From Octopus sinensis (lineage: Eukaryota), in assembly GCF_006345805.1 (NCBI RefSeq), contig NC_042998.1:4092001-4156000 (forward strand): DNA of 64,000 nucleotides, read 5' to 3'. The notes under the pieces are model-generated. The model had not been told where the DNA came from. It saw only the letters and a list, made by a program, of their open reading frames with translations, and made no database searches. This document shows, piece by piece, positions 25,470 through 37,692 of this stretch. Every line of letters starts with the position of its first letter. The first letter of the stretch is position 1. The position numbers were made by a program, and so were the translations under genes.

Positions 25470-27125
25470 GGGAATTTGAACTTACAGAGACAATATTTGC
25501 ATAGATCCCACAATGTAAGGAAATGGTTGCATAATCAAGTACTTGCACGCCTGGAGAACTACATTGGCTAGAAACAATTGTAGAAAGTTCTAACACTTTG
25601 ATACGTTTCCATAAAATAGAAGATTTCAAGCATGCTTTCAAATCATCTGGGGAATCACTGGCAAAAGTTTGTCTGAAATCACCTGAAAGTGCTACTGTCA
25701 TACCTCAAATCAAACAATTAGAATTGCGCAAATCCTGCAGCACTCTCTTAACAGCTTCTCCTGATTTTTACGGGACATTGTAGCCTCGTCCCATATGATC
25801 AAAGAACATGTAATGAGAACTTGAGCTAAAGAAGAACTTTTTCTAATATAGGCGCAGGAGTGGCTGTGTGGTAAGTAGCTTGCTAACCAGCCACATGGTT
25901 CCGGGTTCAGTCTCACTGCGTGGCATCTTGGGCAAGTGTCTTCTGCTATAGCCCCGGGCCGACCAATGCCTTGTGAGTGGATTTGGTAGACGGAAACTGA
26001 AAGAAGCCTGTCATATATATATATATATGTATGTGTGTGTGTTTGTGTGTCTGTGTTTGTCCCCCTAGCATTGCTTGACAACCGATGCTGGTGTGTTTAC
26101 GTCCCCGTTACTTAGCGGTTCGGCAAAATAGACCGATAGAATAAGTACTGGGCTTACAAAGAATAAGTTCCGGGGTCAATTTGCTCGACTAAAAGGCAGT
26201 GCTCCAGCATGGCCGCGGTCAAATGACTGAAACAAGTAAAAGAGTAAGAGTAAAGAGTATAGCAGATAAGTTCATCTTTTGAAGTTAGATTGAATGACAG
26301 CTTGAATGCTGCTGTTCGACTCCCTTGTAGTAAAGTCGCATCAATTCCAGAGCTCGCTACAGCTAAGGCTATTTCCTTTTTCTGCTGGACTTTGGCTCGC
26401 ACCAAATTTGTAACAAAAGTTTTTCCAGTTCCTCCTGGTGCGTCTAAAAGATATAATCCTCCTTTCTTATGTGTCGTTTGTCAATGAATGTTGTGTATGC
26501 AAGATGTTTGTCTGTCAAAAGTTTCGGGACATTTTCTTTAAGGAATCTTTTAAATGAATCAATATCATATGGAGTTTCTCGCAAAACTTCTGTGATCAAA
26601 TTATTCATCCCATTTCAATGAGTTTTAGGTAAGTCAAACTTGCTGAGCTCCTCTCCTCCCATTGAGACAATGGGATCTTCAATATCAATCAATGCAGAAT
26701 TATACATGTCATCATTGAATGCTATTTCCCTCTCAGAGAATCTTAGCCGTGCTTGATGTTTGTTGTCTTCTGATAAATCATTCTTATATTTGTGCCACAG
26801 CGCTAATGGATTACTTACTTCACAATTCAGGAAAAGAATTGGAAAGATATTTCCCAAAGAAATAGTTGTGCGTGACACTGACGCCTCAGCCATTGCTCTA
26901 TCTCATTGATTGTCATCTTCTAACAAATTTAAGGCTAAACAGGTTTCTCTATAAGTACGAACAGTTTGACCATCAATCATTGTTAGGAAAGAGAAGGAAG
27001 TCGCCTCTCTTATTTCATGAAGAAGCAGCCTCAAAAAGAAATATTGATAGTGACTCGCATGCACAGAGTAAACACTTCCGATTGTCGAGTCAAATAATTT
27101 TATACTTGGATGACCCTTAACGTCA
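25470..27125 (-). mobile_element. Helitron RepHel relic (PIF1 helicase part)
   Basis: Minus-strand translation gives IGSVYSVH..YFFLRLLLHEI, LWHKYKNDLSED, Walker A LYLLDAPGGTGKTFVTN, IALAVASSGIDATLLQG, LIIWDEATM and SGDFRQT..LKACLKSSILW. A SINE A interrupts it. Confidence 0.9.
25851..26258 (+). mobile_element. SINE family A inserted in the Helitron
   Basis: Full head-to-tail copy with short tatag flanks. Confidence 0.9.
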
Positions 27126-27134
27126 ACTCCTTTT

Positions 27135-27750
27135 TTTCTTATAGCATTATAAAGTAATAGAGGTTATTACAGTTATACACACACACAAACACACACGCAG
27201 AGAGACAGAGACACAGACAGACAGACACACAACAATACAAGTTATTATATATGTCGTTATATTACACATATGGCATATCTACAGAAGAGTGTCCCATCGA
27301 ATTTGTTTCTTCCAATGTTTAGGGAAAATGGCTATTTTCAAATGAAAAGTTGTACAAATACGCTAAAGCGAGAGAGGAAATTAACAAATGACCTCATAAA
27401 TTCTGATGTGGAATACGAGAAACAAAGGAAAAATGTTGGAGCAAAATTTATGTTACGGTTTCTATTATTAAGGCATGCAAGGAATAAAACAAAAGTGATC
27501 TGCTACGGTTTCTATTGTGAAGGTAGGCAGCCATAAATAGAAAACTGATCTTCCACAGATATAAATGCAGAACGAATGTAAAGTAATATTTCTTATGTAA
27601 TACTTATAGTAATGGAACTTATTACGGTTATAATTATGAAGTAATACTTATGAAGTAATGGAGCTTATTACAGCTACATGCTCCCCACACATGTTATTAT
27701 CTGTGTCGTTATGTTACACATATGGCATACCTACAGAAGAATGCCTCACC
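27135..27750. repeat. Degenerate ~450-bp-spaced direct repeat
   Basis: gtcgttat(a/g)ttacacatatggcata(t/c)ctacagaaga occurs at about 27253 and 27704, each preceded by agtaat.ga..ttattacag. Confidence 0.6.
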
Positions 27751-27869
27751 GTATTTTGAAATAAAATGAAGAAATATAATAATCCTATAAAAATTATGTC
27801 CCTTAGGCAGGTTATTTATTTTAAATTTGGTTTTATTTGGTTTTCCAGCAATCCTCAAATCGTGCAAAC

Positions 27870-28560
27870 GTGTCCTGGTAAAACCACTACAAATTCTCTT
27901 CCAGAGTTCCCTTGCAAAGCAAACTAAAGTGGGGAATAATATGCCCAATTCATAAAGGCGGAAGCAGAGCAGATGCCAAAAATTATAGGCCTATCTCTCT
28001 GACTTCACACATCAGCCAAGTCATGGAACGAATAGTCAGAGGGAAACTAATCGCATTCCGTGAAGAAAACGACTTGCTTTGTGTTACCCATCATGGCTTT
28101 CAACCAAATGGAAGCTGCCTGACACAGCTTCTGCAGCACTATGACTGGTTGTTGAAGCACTTACTCGACAACTCAAATGTGAACGTAACATACATTGATT
28201 TGCAAAAGTTTTCGATAAAATTGATCATGGTATGATATGCCACAAACTGCACGATTTTGGCAAGGTTGGAAAACTTGGAGAATGTTTACATGACTTTCTG
28301 AAAGCTAGAAGACAGGCAGTGGTGGCCAATGGAGCCACCACAAGCGAAACACAAATAGTGAGTGGTGTTCTACAGGGCACTGTCATTCCTTTTCATAGTG
28401 GCTCTCTCAGATATGCCTTCAGCTGCCAGGATAGCCATCCTTGCTAGATACGCAGACGAAACGAAAGGTTCGCAGAAAATACAAAACCCTAGCGATGTTG
28501 CTCGGCTGCAGCAGGACGCAATTTCCAGATGGGCTGAGGATAACAATATGCAATATGCAA
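27870..28560 (+). mobile_element. CR1/L2-group LINE RT fragment
   Basis: ICPIHKGGSRADAKNYRPISLTSHISQVMER, HHGFQPNGSCLTQLL, YIDLQK, SGVLQGTV, YADETK. Confidence 0.85.
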
Positions 28561-28785
28561 GCGGTGAGCTTGCAGAATCGCTAGAACACCAGGAAAAATG
28601 CCTAGCAGCTTTTCGTTCATCTTTACGTTCTGAATTCAAATACCACCGAGGTTGACTTTGTCTTTCATACTTTTGGGGTCGATAAGATAAATACCATTTG
28701 AGCACTGCGGTTGATGTAATCGACTTATCCTTCTCCTGAAACTGCTAGTCTTCTGCCAATTTTGAAACAGAGATTATTATTCATT
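28559..28785 (+). mobile_element. SINE family B2, diverged
   Basis: gcggtgagcttgcagaatcg...gaattcaaataccaccgaggttgactttg...gattattatt. Confidence 0.75.
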
Positions 28786-30334
28786 CAAGATTTAGAAGGC
28801 ATTAGGTCGTTTGCTTTATGTTCGCTTTATTGTACACTGATAAGCGTGATTTATAACTGAAGTGAACATGCAGGAAATTATATTTGGGGATTCTAACTTT
28901 GCTATCCTCAGCAGCTGTGACCTACAGATAAGAGAGATGTTCAGTGCAAATTCGGATTTTAGAAGAGCAAAGAAGCCTACCCAAAATTTACTCTGTTTAT
29001 TTCTGTTCAATATTCATTTCCTATATTCAAAAGATATTAGGATTCGAAAAGAATACAATGTACCAAATGGCCTCAATCAATATTTTCTCATATCTAAATA
29101 TATTTTGCCAATATTTCCTTTTATTTAATAATTCCTGCCAATTTATTTTTTATTTCTACACTATTATGAAAATAAAATGAAATAAAATAAAATATTTATC
29201 TAGTTATTCACGTCAAATCTAATATCTGTCTTCATTGATAGTATATATGTGGCAATATTTCTCATTCATATATATTATGCATTTCTTTCTTAGATTCAAT
29301 AACTTTATACACAAATACGTACCGACTTCAAGCTGGGCTACTCCCGGGATCGATGTGATATTAAGCTACAACTCACGAACAAGTATTTCCTCTTCTTTCC
29401 CACCAAAACATTTACTTTCATAAGCAATGAGCGCGCTTCCTAAAAAGAACAAAAATCAATCGCTTGATAATTCCGGTTCCTCTCTATTTATATCCTTATA
29501 TCCATAGATTTTAGCCCAGCTTTGTTCTACTCACCACCTTGTATAATAGAGCAAACATAAAATCTTTTCCTCTGAGACACTCGTAACTATTATGCTCTAC
29601 AGTGTAGACTGCTCGCTCCGTTCCAGCATACTATTAAAAACATGGCGTCTGCATGTGAATAAAATCTATTCTTCCTTCCCCATGCATTATCCACTGGATA
29701 TTAGCAGCAAAGTCTCGTATATCCACATTTCTCTGAATTCGATTATTTTGTTTAGTGCTTTCCGAAATTTCCTTGCTACCAGCAACGTTGTTAAACTATC
29801 GGTATTGAGGATATCAGTCTCAATAAATTTCGCATTGTAATCATCATCCTTGATGAAGTCAATAGAACCAAATCGTGAACATCTTTGCTTTAACGCCGCA
29901 GGTACCGAGCTCGAATCATTTGACATGGCAAACCGTTGGCGCCTGTTAACGAACATTCTCATGAAAGCGTATTACCAATCAGAATGTGACGAATATGCGA
30001 GGTTGTTTCAACGCTGATGGTGAGTCACAGCCGCCTGAACATCCAACCTGTTTTTGAGAGAACGTTTCGGAGCTGAAGGCAAATACACTTAGAAATATAC
30101 GCATCCATTCGAGACTGGAACAGAGAAGGGGAGACAGAGAGACAGAAAGAGAGAGAGGGAAAGACAGAAAGAAAGCGGAAGACAGAGCAAAAGAAAGAGG
30201 GAGAAATAGAGGAAGAGAGAGACGTTACATATACAAACATAACTAGTTACTTACACCCATAAAGAGAGAAAGAGAGAGAGAGAGGAGGAGAAAGAGTGAC
30301 AAAGAGAAAATGAGAGGAACATTAAAATGTTTGA

Positions 30335-30715
30335 TCTTTCACTTGTCTCAGTCATTAGATTGCGGTCAAGCTGGGGCACCGCCTTGATGTGTTTTCAGCG
30401 AAAGAATCGATACTAGCACTTATTCTAACTGTCTCTTATGTGCGAACTAATAAGTTACAGGGGTGTAAGCAAACCAACACCGGTTGTAAAGCACTGGTGG
30501 GGATAAACTCAAGTACAAAGACGCACACATACACACACATGTACACGTATGTATATATACACACGACGGGATTCTTACAGTTTCCGTCTACCAAATCAAC
30601 TTACAAGTCTTTGATCGGCCGAAGATGTAGTAGAAACACTTCCCCACGGTGCCAAGCAGTAGGACTGGACGCGGAACCATGATGTTGTGAAGCAAACTTC
30701 CTATCACACAGCCAT
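30335..30715 (-). mobile_element. SINE family A, degenerate
   Basis: cagtcattagattgcggtc...cagtttccgtctaccaaatc...cacacagcca. Confidence 0.7.
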
Positions 30716-30822
30716 GATTGCTCCTATATCAAATAAGTCAGCATTTGAGTCAACAACAAAAAACAGGTGGTGCCAAAAGAGCAACGCCAAATCGTCTCAT
30801 ACTCTTCCCAATATATATAATG

Positions 30823-30968
30823 CTTTCTACTGGAAGCAAAAGGCCTCAAATTTGGAGGAAGGGATTAAATCGACTACATCGACTCCAGTGCGTAACTGGT
30901 GCGAATTTTATCGACCTCGAAATGATAAAAGGCAAAGTCGACCTCGGTGGAATTTGAACTTAGAATGT
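30823..30968 (-). mobile_element. SINE family B2, 3' part
   Basis: ctttctactggaagcaaaaggcctcaaatttg...gtcgacctcggtggaatttgaact. Confidence 0.8.
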
Positions 30969-32310
30969 AGCATTGTGGAAAGTTGCGCAAGGGCTGCTGC
31001 GGCAGGGGCAGTTGCACATTTGAGGACCGGGATGGTGCACTTGGATGAGGATGAGTTGGTGAGGGATTTGTGTTTGGTGAGAAGAGAGGAGGGAGCGATC
31101 GGGCTGGTTCCCCCACAAAAGTCGGTGGAGGGGATAGAATTGAGGAGGTGTTGATGGAGGGTGTGGAGGAGTGTCTGGGAAGTGTCATGCAGGAGGTGAA
31201 GTTTGCGATATGTTGAATCGTTGGAGAAGCGGAGTGGAGATGTGGCGAATAGCAACATTTGAAGATATAGAGAGGCTTCCCTACCAATCAGAGATTGAAG
31301 GGGGAAATATCCTGAATGTAATAGTAGAGGGTCGCAGATCCAATTACTACATCTGCGGTGAAAGGGGGAACATGAAATTGAAGTGCTCCTTATTTAAAAA
31401 CAAACCGACTGATTCGATGATGAGTGAGAAAGAAGAGAAAGAAGAAATAGAGACAAAAGGAAGGATGGATGCAGAAACGGAAAAGAGGAAAAATAAGAAC
31501 CATGCGCAGAAGAAGGAAGAGTTAGAGGAAGAATGAAAGCGACAAAAGAACGGAGTGACGGGTTCGTCAGCCCCAAGAGAGGAAAAAAGGCGAGATCAAG
31601 GCAAGAGTTAGAGACAGAGAGACAGCAGAAGCAGGGAAGGCGGGCAAAAAATATAAAGAACCGCCTGAATTCGCACATGGAAAGGAAAATATACCAGAGA
31701 GGAGACCAGAAGATATGAAGTCCGGCGAGAATAAGGGATATTTGATCTTTTACAAGAAAGGCATAGAGGTAGAGAAGAAGTGGAAGAGTCTGATAAGAGT
31801 GAAGTTACCAAAGGAAGAGTTCGGAGAAGACGAGAGATGTATATTGGTGAATAATGAAAGGAGAGACAATCTGAGAAAATTGTGCCGTGAATTTGTGATA
31901 AATACAGACGAGCCGGTATACTTTAATGGAATGCCGCTGATTTTTCAAGAGCGGAGAATTTCAAACACAAAGTAATTAATTTATCTTGAACAGTTTTCAA
32001 AAAAAAAAAAAAAAAAAAGGAAAAAGTGAACTATTCCGTTAAAAAAAAAGAGAAAATTGTGAACTTTACCAGAGAAAAATATGCCGTTAAAAGTGGTTAA
32101 AAAAACGAGAAAGACTGTCTAAATGTAACCACTCGATTTCGGGGTTCGAGTGGGCATTCCGCTTCATTGTATCATCTTTTTCATAATTCATTCGTTTCTT
32201 TTATTTTTGCTTCTTTTCTCAAATTCCTACTTTATTTTTACTTCCCCCATTTTATGTTGTGTCTCGTTGTATTTGTCTTAACAATTTCGATGCACGCCTT
32301 TTAATAGGTA
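30969..32310 (+). mobile_element. ORF1-only unit 1 (5'-truncated, internally deleted)
   Basis: Homologous to unit 2: VHLDEDELVRDLCLVRREEGAIGLVPP, ATFEDIERLPYQ, VEGRRSNYYICGERGNMKLKC, DGFVSPKRGKK, KGYLIFY..WKSLIRVKLPK, and the same 3' UTR. Confidence 0.8.
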
Positions 32311-32311
32311 A

Positions 32312-32674
32312 CTAGCACTATGACCCTGCAACGCCGGGTCACAGTGCTAGTGTATGCGTATACAGCTGCGTGTGTGCGCACATACACGCGAGTACTGTCC
32401 AAATCTCTGACCAATCACATACAGCTAGCTGGCATTCAACTGGCGTATCAAGTTTCGGGCATTTTGATTGGGTTTTGGATAAAAAATTGACAAAAAAGTC
32501 ACTTCTATTGATTTTTTTAATGGCTTTGCGGGGTGACTGCGGAAATGTAAAGATATGCACGACCACCCTTGGACGGTTTTGAATGATCATAGAAAGTGCG
32601 AGCCCTCTAACTAAAAAATTGTGGATTTGTATAAAGGACACACACGCAGACATTTTGCCGTTTATATATATAGA
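32312..32674 (-). mobile_element. Non-autonomous Helitron at the unit 1/unit 2 junction
   Basis: Minus strand begins A|TCTATATATATAAAC and ends with a hairpin plus CTAG|T, i.e. insertion between A and T with no TSD. Confidence 0.85.
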
Positions 32675-32867
32675 TAAGATAATAAAATTTCAGCGAAACG
32701 CCCGTTTCGAACAATTGGTGATTTTCAGTGATTTTTTGTGAGAAGATAAGAGCTGTTGCGATTTTACTGTTGATTTTTTTTGTTGAAGCGTCTTGCGCGT
32801 GTTGCTACTTGTTGCTGTTGTTTTGATTCTTTTTCTCCCCATTGGGAGTGAAGAAAGGCGTAGCATT

Positions 32868-34150
32868 ATGGAACACTACGCGAGAACTGCTGCAGCAAAG
32901 GTAGCTACACCGTTGGAAGCCAGGAGGGTACATATTGATAAAGAGGAAATATCGAATGGTCTGTGCTTGGTGAAGAAGGAGGAAGGCGCAATCAAACTGG
33001 TCCCCCGCTCAAGTGTCTATCGAAAAGAAAAGCGAGAAAACGGTTGTGTACCGCACGCAAGCGGTCGCCACAAATAAAACTGAGAAATTATCGGAGGAAG
33101 ACGTGGAGGAGTGCCTAGGAATAATTATAGAAAAGGAGACATTTGTAAGCAGAGAAAGGAGGTATGGCATATTGGAGGTGAGATTTGCAACCAAAGAAGG
33201 GGTGGCCTTACAGTCCGCCGCTGTCCTGAGATCGGAAAAGGTAGTGTTATTAAGGGAAGGCGCTGCGTCCGGGTCAGGATAGCTAGGGTGCTGCCTGAAA
33301 TTAAGATGGAGTGCTTGGTAGCGGCCATTCTAGCGACCACCGAGGATAAGCCGGAGCTCAGATATGCTGGAAAGACAGATATGTTGAATTGTTGGGGAAG
33401 CGGAGATGAGATGTGGCTCTTCGCCACTTTTGAAGATATAGAGGGGCTTCCCTACCAAGTAGAGGTTGAAAGTGATAGTAGAGTGTCGCAGACCCAATTG
33501 CTATATCTGCGGTGAAAGGGGGCACATGAAATTGAAGTGCTCCTTATATAAAAATAAGCAGACTGATCCGGTACAGAGTGAGAAAGAGGAGATAGAAGAA
33601 AGGGAGACGGAAGGAAGGATGGATGCAGAAGTGGAAAAGATAAAAAATAAGAACAATGAGCAAGAGAAGGAAGATAGAGAGAGAGGAAAAAAGCGAAAGC
33701 GACAGAAGGGGAGAGTGACGGGTTCGTCAGCCCCAAGAGAAGAAAGAAAGCTAAATCAAGAGGTGTTACAGAGAGCGACAGCAGAAGCAGGGAAGGCGGA
33801 TAAAAAAGATAAAGAGCCGCCTGAACTTATATACGGAGTGGAAAAGAATCCAGAGAGGAGACCAGAAGGTGCGAAGTTCAGCGAGCATAAGGGAACTTTG
33901 ATATTTTATACGAAATTGATAGAGGTAGATAAGAGAGTATCGAAGTGGAAGAATTTAATTAGAGTGAAGCTACCTAAGAAGTTCGGAGAAGAAGAAGAAA
34001 GGTGTGTATTGGGGATTGAGTAAAAGAGCGACAACCTATGAATGTATTTTAGAGATTTTATCATAAGGTGTAATGGGCCGGTGTACTTTAATGGAAGGCC
34101 GCCGGTTGTGGATTATACAAGGATCGAGAATCTCAGGAAAAAGGTAATTA
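32868..34150 (+). pseudogene. L1/Tx1-like ORF1 (gag-like RNA-binding protein), frameshifted
   Basis: RRM-like segments (KTVVYRT..EEDVEECLG..RRYGILEVRFATKE; RCVRVRIARVLPEI) followed by the knuckle CYICGERGHMKLKC (CX2CX4HX4C), a charged linker and a conserved C-terminal segment. Confidence 0.75.
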
Positions 34151-34351
34151 ATTTATTATGAACATTTTTGAACAAAAAAAAAAAAAAAAAATTGTGAACT
34201 ATTTCTCTTAAGAAGAAAATAGTGAATTTTTTTTTGAGAAAATGTGTTGTGAAAAAAAAGAAGAGAAAAGACTGTCTAAATGTAATCACTCGACTTCGGG
34301 GTTCGAGTGGGCATTTCCGCCTCATTGTATCATCATTTCATAACTCATTCA

Positions 34352-34769
34352 CTTTACTCTTTTACTCTTTTACTTGTTTCAGTCATTTGACTGCGGCCAT
34401 GCTGGAGCACCGCCTTTAGTCGAGCAAATCGACCCCGGGACTTATTCTTTGTAAGCCCAGTACTTATTCTATTGGTCTCATTTGCCGAACCGCTAAGTTA
34501 CGGGGACGTAAACACACCAGCATCGGTTGTCAAGCAATGCTAGGGGGACAAACACAGACACACAAACATATACACACACACTTATATATATATACATACA
34601 TATATACGACGGGCTTCTTACAGTTTCCGTCTACCAAATCCACTCACAAGGCATTGGTCGGCCCGGGGCTATAGCAGAAGACACTTGCCCAAGATGCCAC
34701 GCAGTGGGACTGAACCCGGAACCATGTGGTTGGTTAGCAAGTTACTTACCACACAGCCACTCCTGCGCC
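34352..34769 (-). mobile_element. SINE family A inserted in the unit 2 3' UTR
   Basis: Full copy. It interrupts cataactcattc|gtttc, which is contiguous in unit 1. Confidence 0.9.
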
Positions 34770-34926
34770 TATATTCGTTTCTTCTATTTTTGCTTCTTTC
34801 CTTAAATTTCTATTTTATAATTTTAGTTCCCCGATTCTATGTTATGTCTCATTATGTATTGTCTATTTGTGTTGTATTTGTCATTCCGGTTTCGATGTAC
34901 GTCTTTTATTAATAATAAAAAAAACA

Positions 34927-35320
34927 CAGCGAAACGTTCGCTTCGGATATTTGAGCTGTACGTTCGTGCTTGCTATTGTTATTGAAAAGTGTTGTATTGT
35001 TTTTTTGCTACTTTGCAGATGTTGTATGATTGTGCTGTGTTTTGAGCAGAGATGGCTGAGTTTGAAAATGTTTTCTATTTGGATCTGACTGAAACGGAGA
35101 TGTCGACGATAGAATTGTCATCTGGTCTGAGGACGAATTGATCAGGGATATAACAAAATAGAATATTTAAAGGTGAAAAGTTTTGCAGAAGCGGCAGGTG
35201 TCTCTAAGAAAGAAGCGAGCCTGAAAAACCTGAACGATTTTGGAGAAATGCTGGAGAAGGTGGGTAGTGACGTGAAATTGTCACCACCAAATGAGGTACT
35301 GAAAAACATGGAAGAAAGTT
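34927..35320 (+). mobile_element. ORF1-only unit 3, 5' portion
   Basis: Starts cagcgaaacg directly after the unit 2 tail. IVIWSEDELIRDI and DVKLSPP resemble unit 1 MVHLDEDELVRDL and IGLVPP. Truncated by the mariner. Confidence 0.55.
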
Positions 35321-36113
35321 TCCTAAACTTGGAAAATGGGTGCCCCATGAATTGTCCGAAAGCAACCGCAAATCTCGAGTTGATATCTGCTCTTCTCTCC
35401 ATTCTCGCGAACTCATTTCACTCTTTTTGGATAGACTTGTGACTCGTGACGAAAGATGGATCTATCGAAATGTTAAACGTCTTAAACTTGGTAAAAGGGA
35501 AAACGCTGAACCACAATCGAGAAGGGAACTTCATGGAGAAACGGTTCTTCGTTTATCTGGTGGGATTGCAAGCGGGCAATTCACTTGGAATTGTTACCAC
35601 CCAATGCAACACTCAATGCTCAAGTCTACTGTCAGCAATTAGAGCGTTTGAAACAAACTTTGAAAAAAGAAAGAGCAAAAAAAAAAAGAAAAAAGAAAAA
35701 ACAGACCCGCTTTAGTGAATCGAAAAGATGTGATGTTTCTTCAGGACAATGCGTGATCCCACATTGCAAATATCACATCACAGAAGATCGATGAGCTTGG
35801 TTGGGAAAAAATTCCTTATCCACCTTATTCTCCCGATCTTGCTCCTTCAGACTACTATTTTTTTCATAGTTTACAGAATCATTTAGGGGACATAACTTTC
35901 GTAAGCCAGGAGGAGGTCGAAACTGACATTTCAAAGTTCTTTGAAACCAAAAGAGTTTTATATTGATGGGATTAAAAAGCTTGTAAATAGATGGAAGGAA
36001 GTCATAGATAATCAGGAAAAGTACATTGGTGATAAAATTTCAATTAAATATAACATTTGATCACTTGTTTTCTTTATTCAAAATTCGGACAGAACTTATG
36101 GGATGACCTGATA
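35320..36113 (+). mobile_element. Mariner transposon, 5'-truncated relic
   Basis: KWVPHEL, FLDRLVTRDERWIY, QDNA*SH, PPYSPDLAPSDY; right TIR ttcggacagaacttatgggatgacctgaTA; no left TIR seen. Confidence 0.9.
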
Positions 36114-37307
36114 TATTAGTTATTGAAAAGTATGCAAATATTGTTAACTTAATTTGAATATCTCGTATTTGGTGTAAAAGGTTTCGTCCTACAAACTGCG
36201 ACTTGGTCACTGATGTGATTCCAGTTTGTTATGTTCTATAATGACTTTGATAGATAGCATTTCATGAAATATGCAGAAAGAGAATTCCATCACATTAATC
36301 TGTAATAAACAAACAAGTTTCCATATGTAAGAGTGTCTTGCTGTGGGCACATTCGAATTTTTGACGTGGATTCAGCTGACAGTCTAAGCATGTTTGGTGA
36401 AATGTACTTATGTTTCCATAATGTAGAGAAAGGTTCAAAATAAAACCTGCATGGTTATTTAGAAACACGCCGACCTGAAAGCACTGCAAATAATCAGCGA
36501 ATGATTTTAAAATGGCGTTACCACAATCATGTAACATGCAGAAGTAGACAAACCACTTAAGTCGATTTTGATATGATTTTATTAGTGACAGAAAATTTTA
36601 TAGGTTATATGTTATACAAAGGGTTTTGAATAAGTTCTCGTGCTAAGATTTGACAAAATGAAATTCCCAAATATTTCACAGTCAATTCGAACAGGAATTT
36701 CGAAATGTATTTGAGATTAAGGCAAAATATTGATAGTATCTTAAATACAAAATAGTCTAGGCTTGCTTTCACACCTGCTTACGCTTATGGTAGTAGAAAG
36801 AAACTGAGTTGTCACGTTTGCTTAATAGAAAATATCTTAACATTAATGCAGAATGAAAACTACTTGAACTTGCAAACCAACTCATGAATACTTGCTTATA
36901 CAAATCGAAGAAAAAAAATGTAACTTTCATCGGGTATATGACTGTATGATAGCATTAAATGTAGAAAGCGTTAGGATGAATCTGATCATTTGGTTTTCGT
37001 AATCTGCAAGTTTGCAATAGCTCAGTCGGTGTTGGTTATTATCCTCTGTTAAGGGGAGTTCAAACTAAAATCTTCTTCCCTATATTGCAGTAGATTAAGT
37101 TAGTAGTTTCAATAGAATTTGCTTGAGTTTGATCACTTCCAATTGGTGTTTTATACTCATAATGTATTCGAATAGATGTATATGAGATCCAATGTATATG
37201 GTGCGAAACCTTCATTAGCAACGAAACCAATCCTCAACTGCCTTGACGTAAAATAATAGTTTTACATTCTATACTGAGTATGTATGTATGTACCTACGAA
37301 TATATAT

Positions 37308-37544
37308 ACCTTATTTCTTTACTACCCACAAGGAGCCAAACACAGAGAGGACAAACAAGGACAGACAAACGGATTAAGTCGATTACATCGACTCCAGTGC
37401 GTAACTGGTACTTAATTTATCGACCCCGAAAGGATGAAAGGCAAAGTCGACCTCGGCGGAATTTGAACTCACAACGTAACGGCAGACGAAATACCGCTAA
37501 GCATTTCGCCCGGCGTGCTAACGTTTCTGCCAGCTCGCCGCCTT
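37308..37544 (-). mobile_element. SINE family B1, full length
   Basis: Complete copy; tacgaatatatata on both flanks is a probable TSD. Confidence 0.9.
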
Positions 37545-37549
37545 ACATA

Positions 37550-37550
37550 C

Positions 37551-37600
<50 letters not shown>

Positions 37601-37629
37601 GTATATATATATATATATATACACACATG

Positions 37630-37692
<63 letters not shown>

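Larger units (their letters stand above)
32691..34925 (+). mobile_element. ORF1-only unit 2 (complete, ~1.8 kb excluding the SINE)
   Basis: 5' leader from cagcgaaacg; frameshifted ORF at about 32868-34150; A-rich region and conserved stem-loop; ends aataataaaaaaa. No endonuclease or RT sequence. Confidence 0.8.

Noticed and set aside
29687-29962. 91-aa minus-strand ORF of normal complexity
   Set aside because: No motif recognised and no continuation; may be an unidentified transposon relic.
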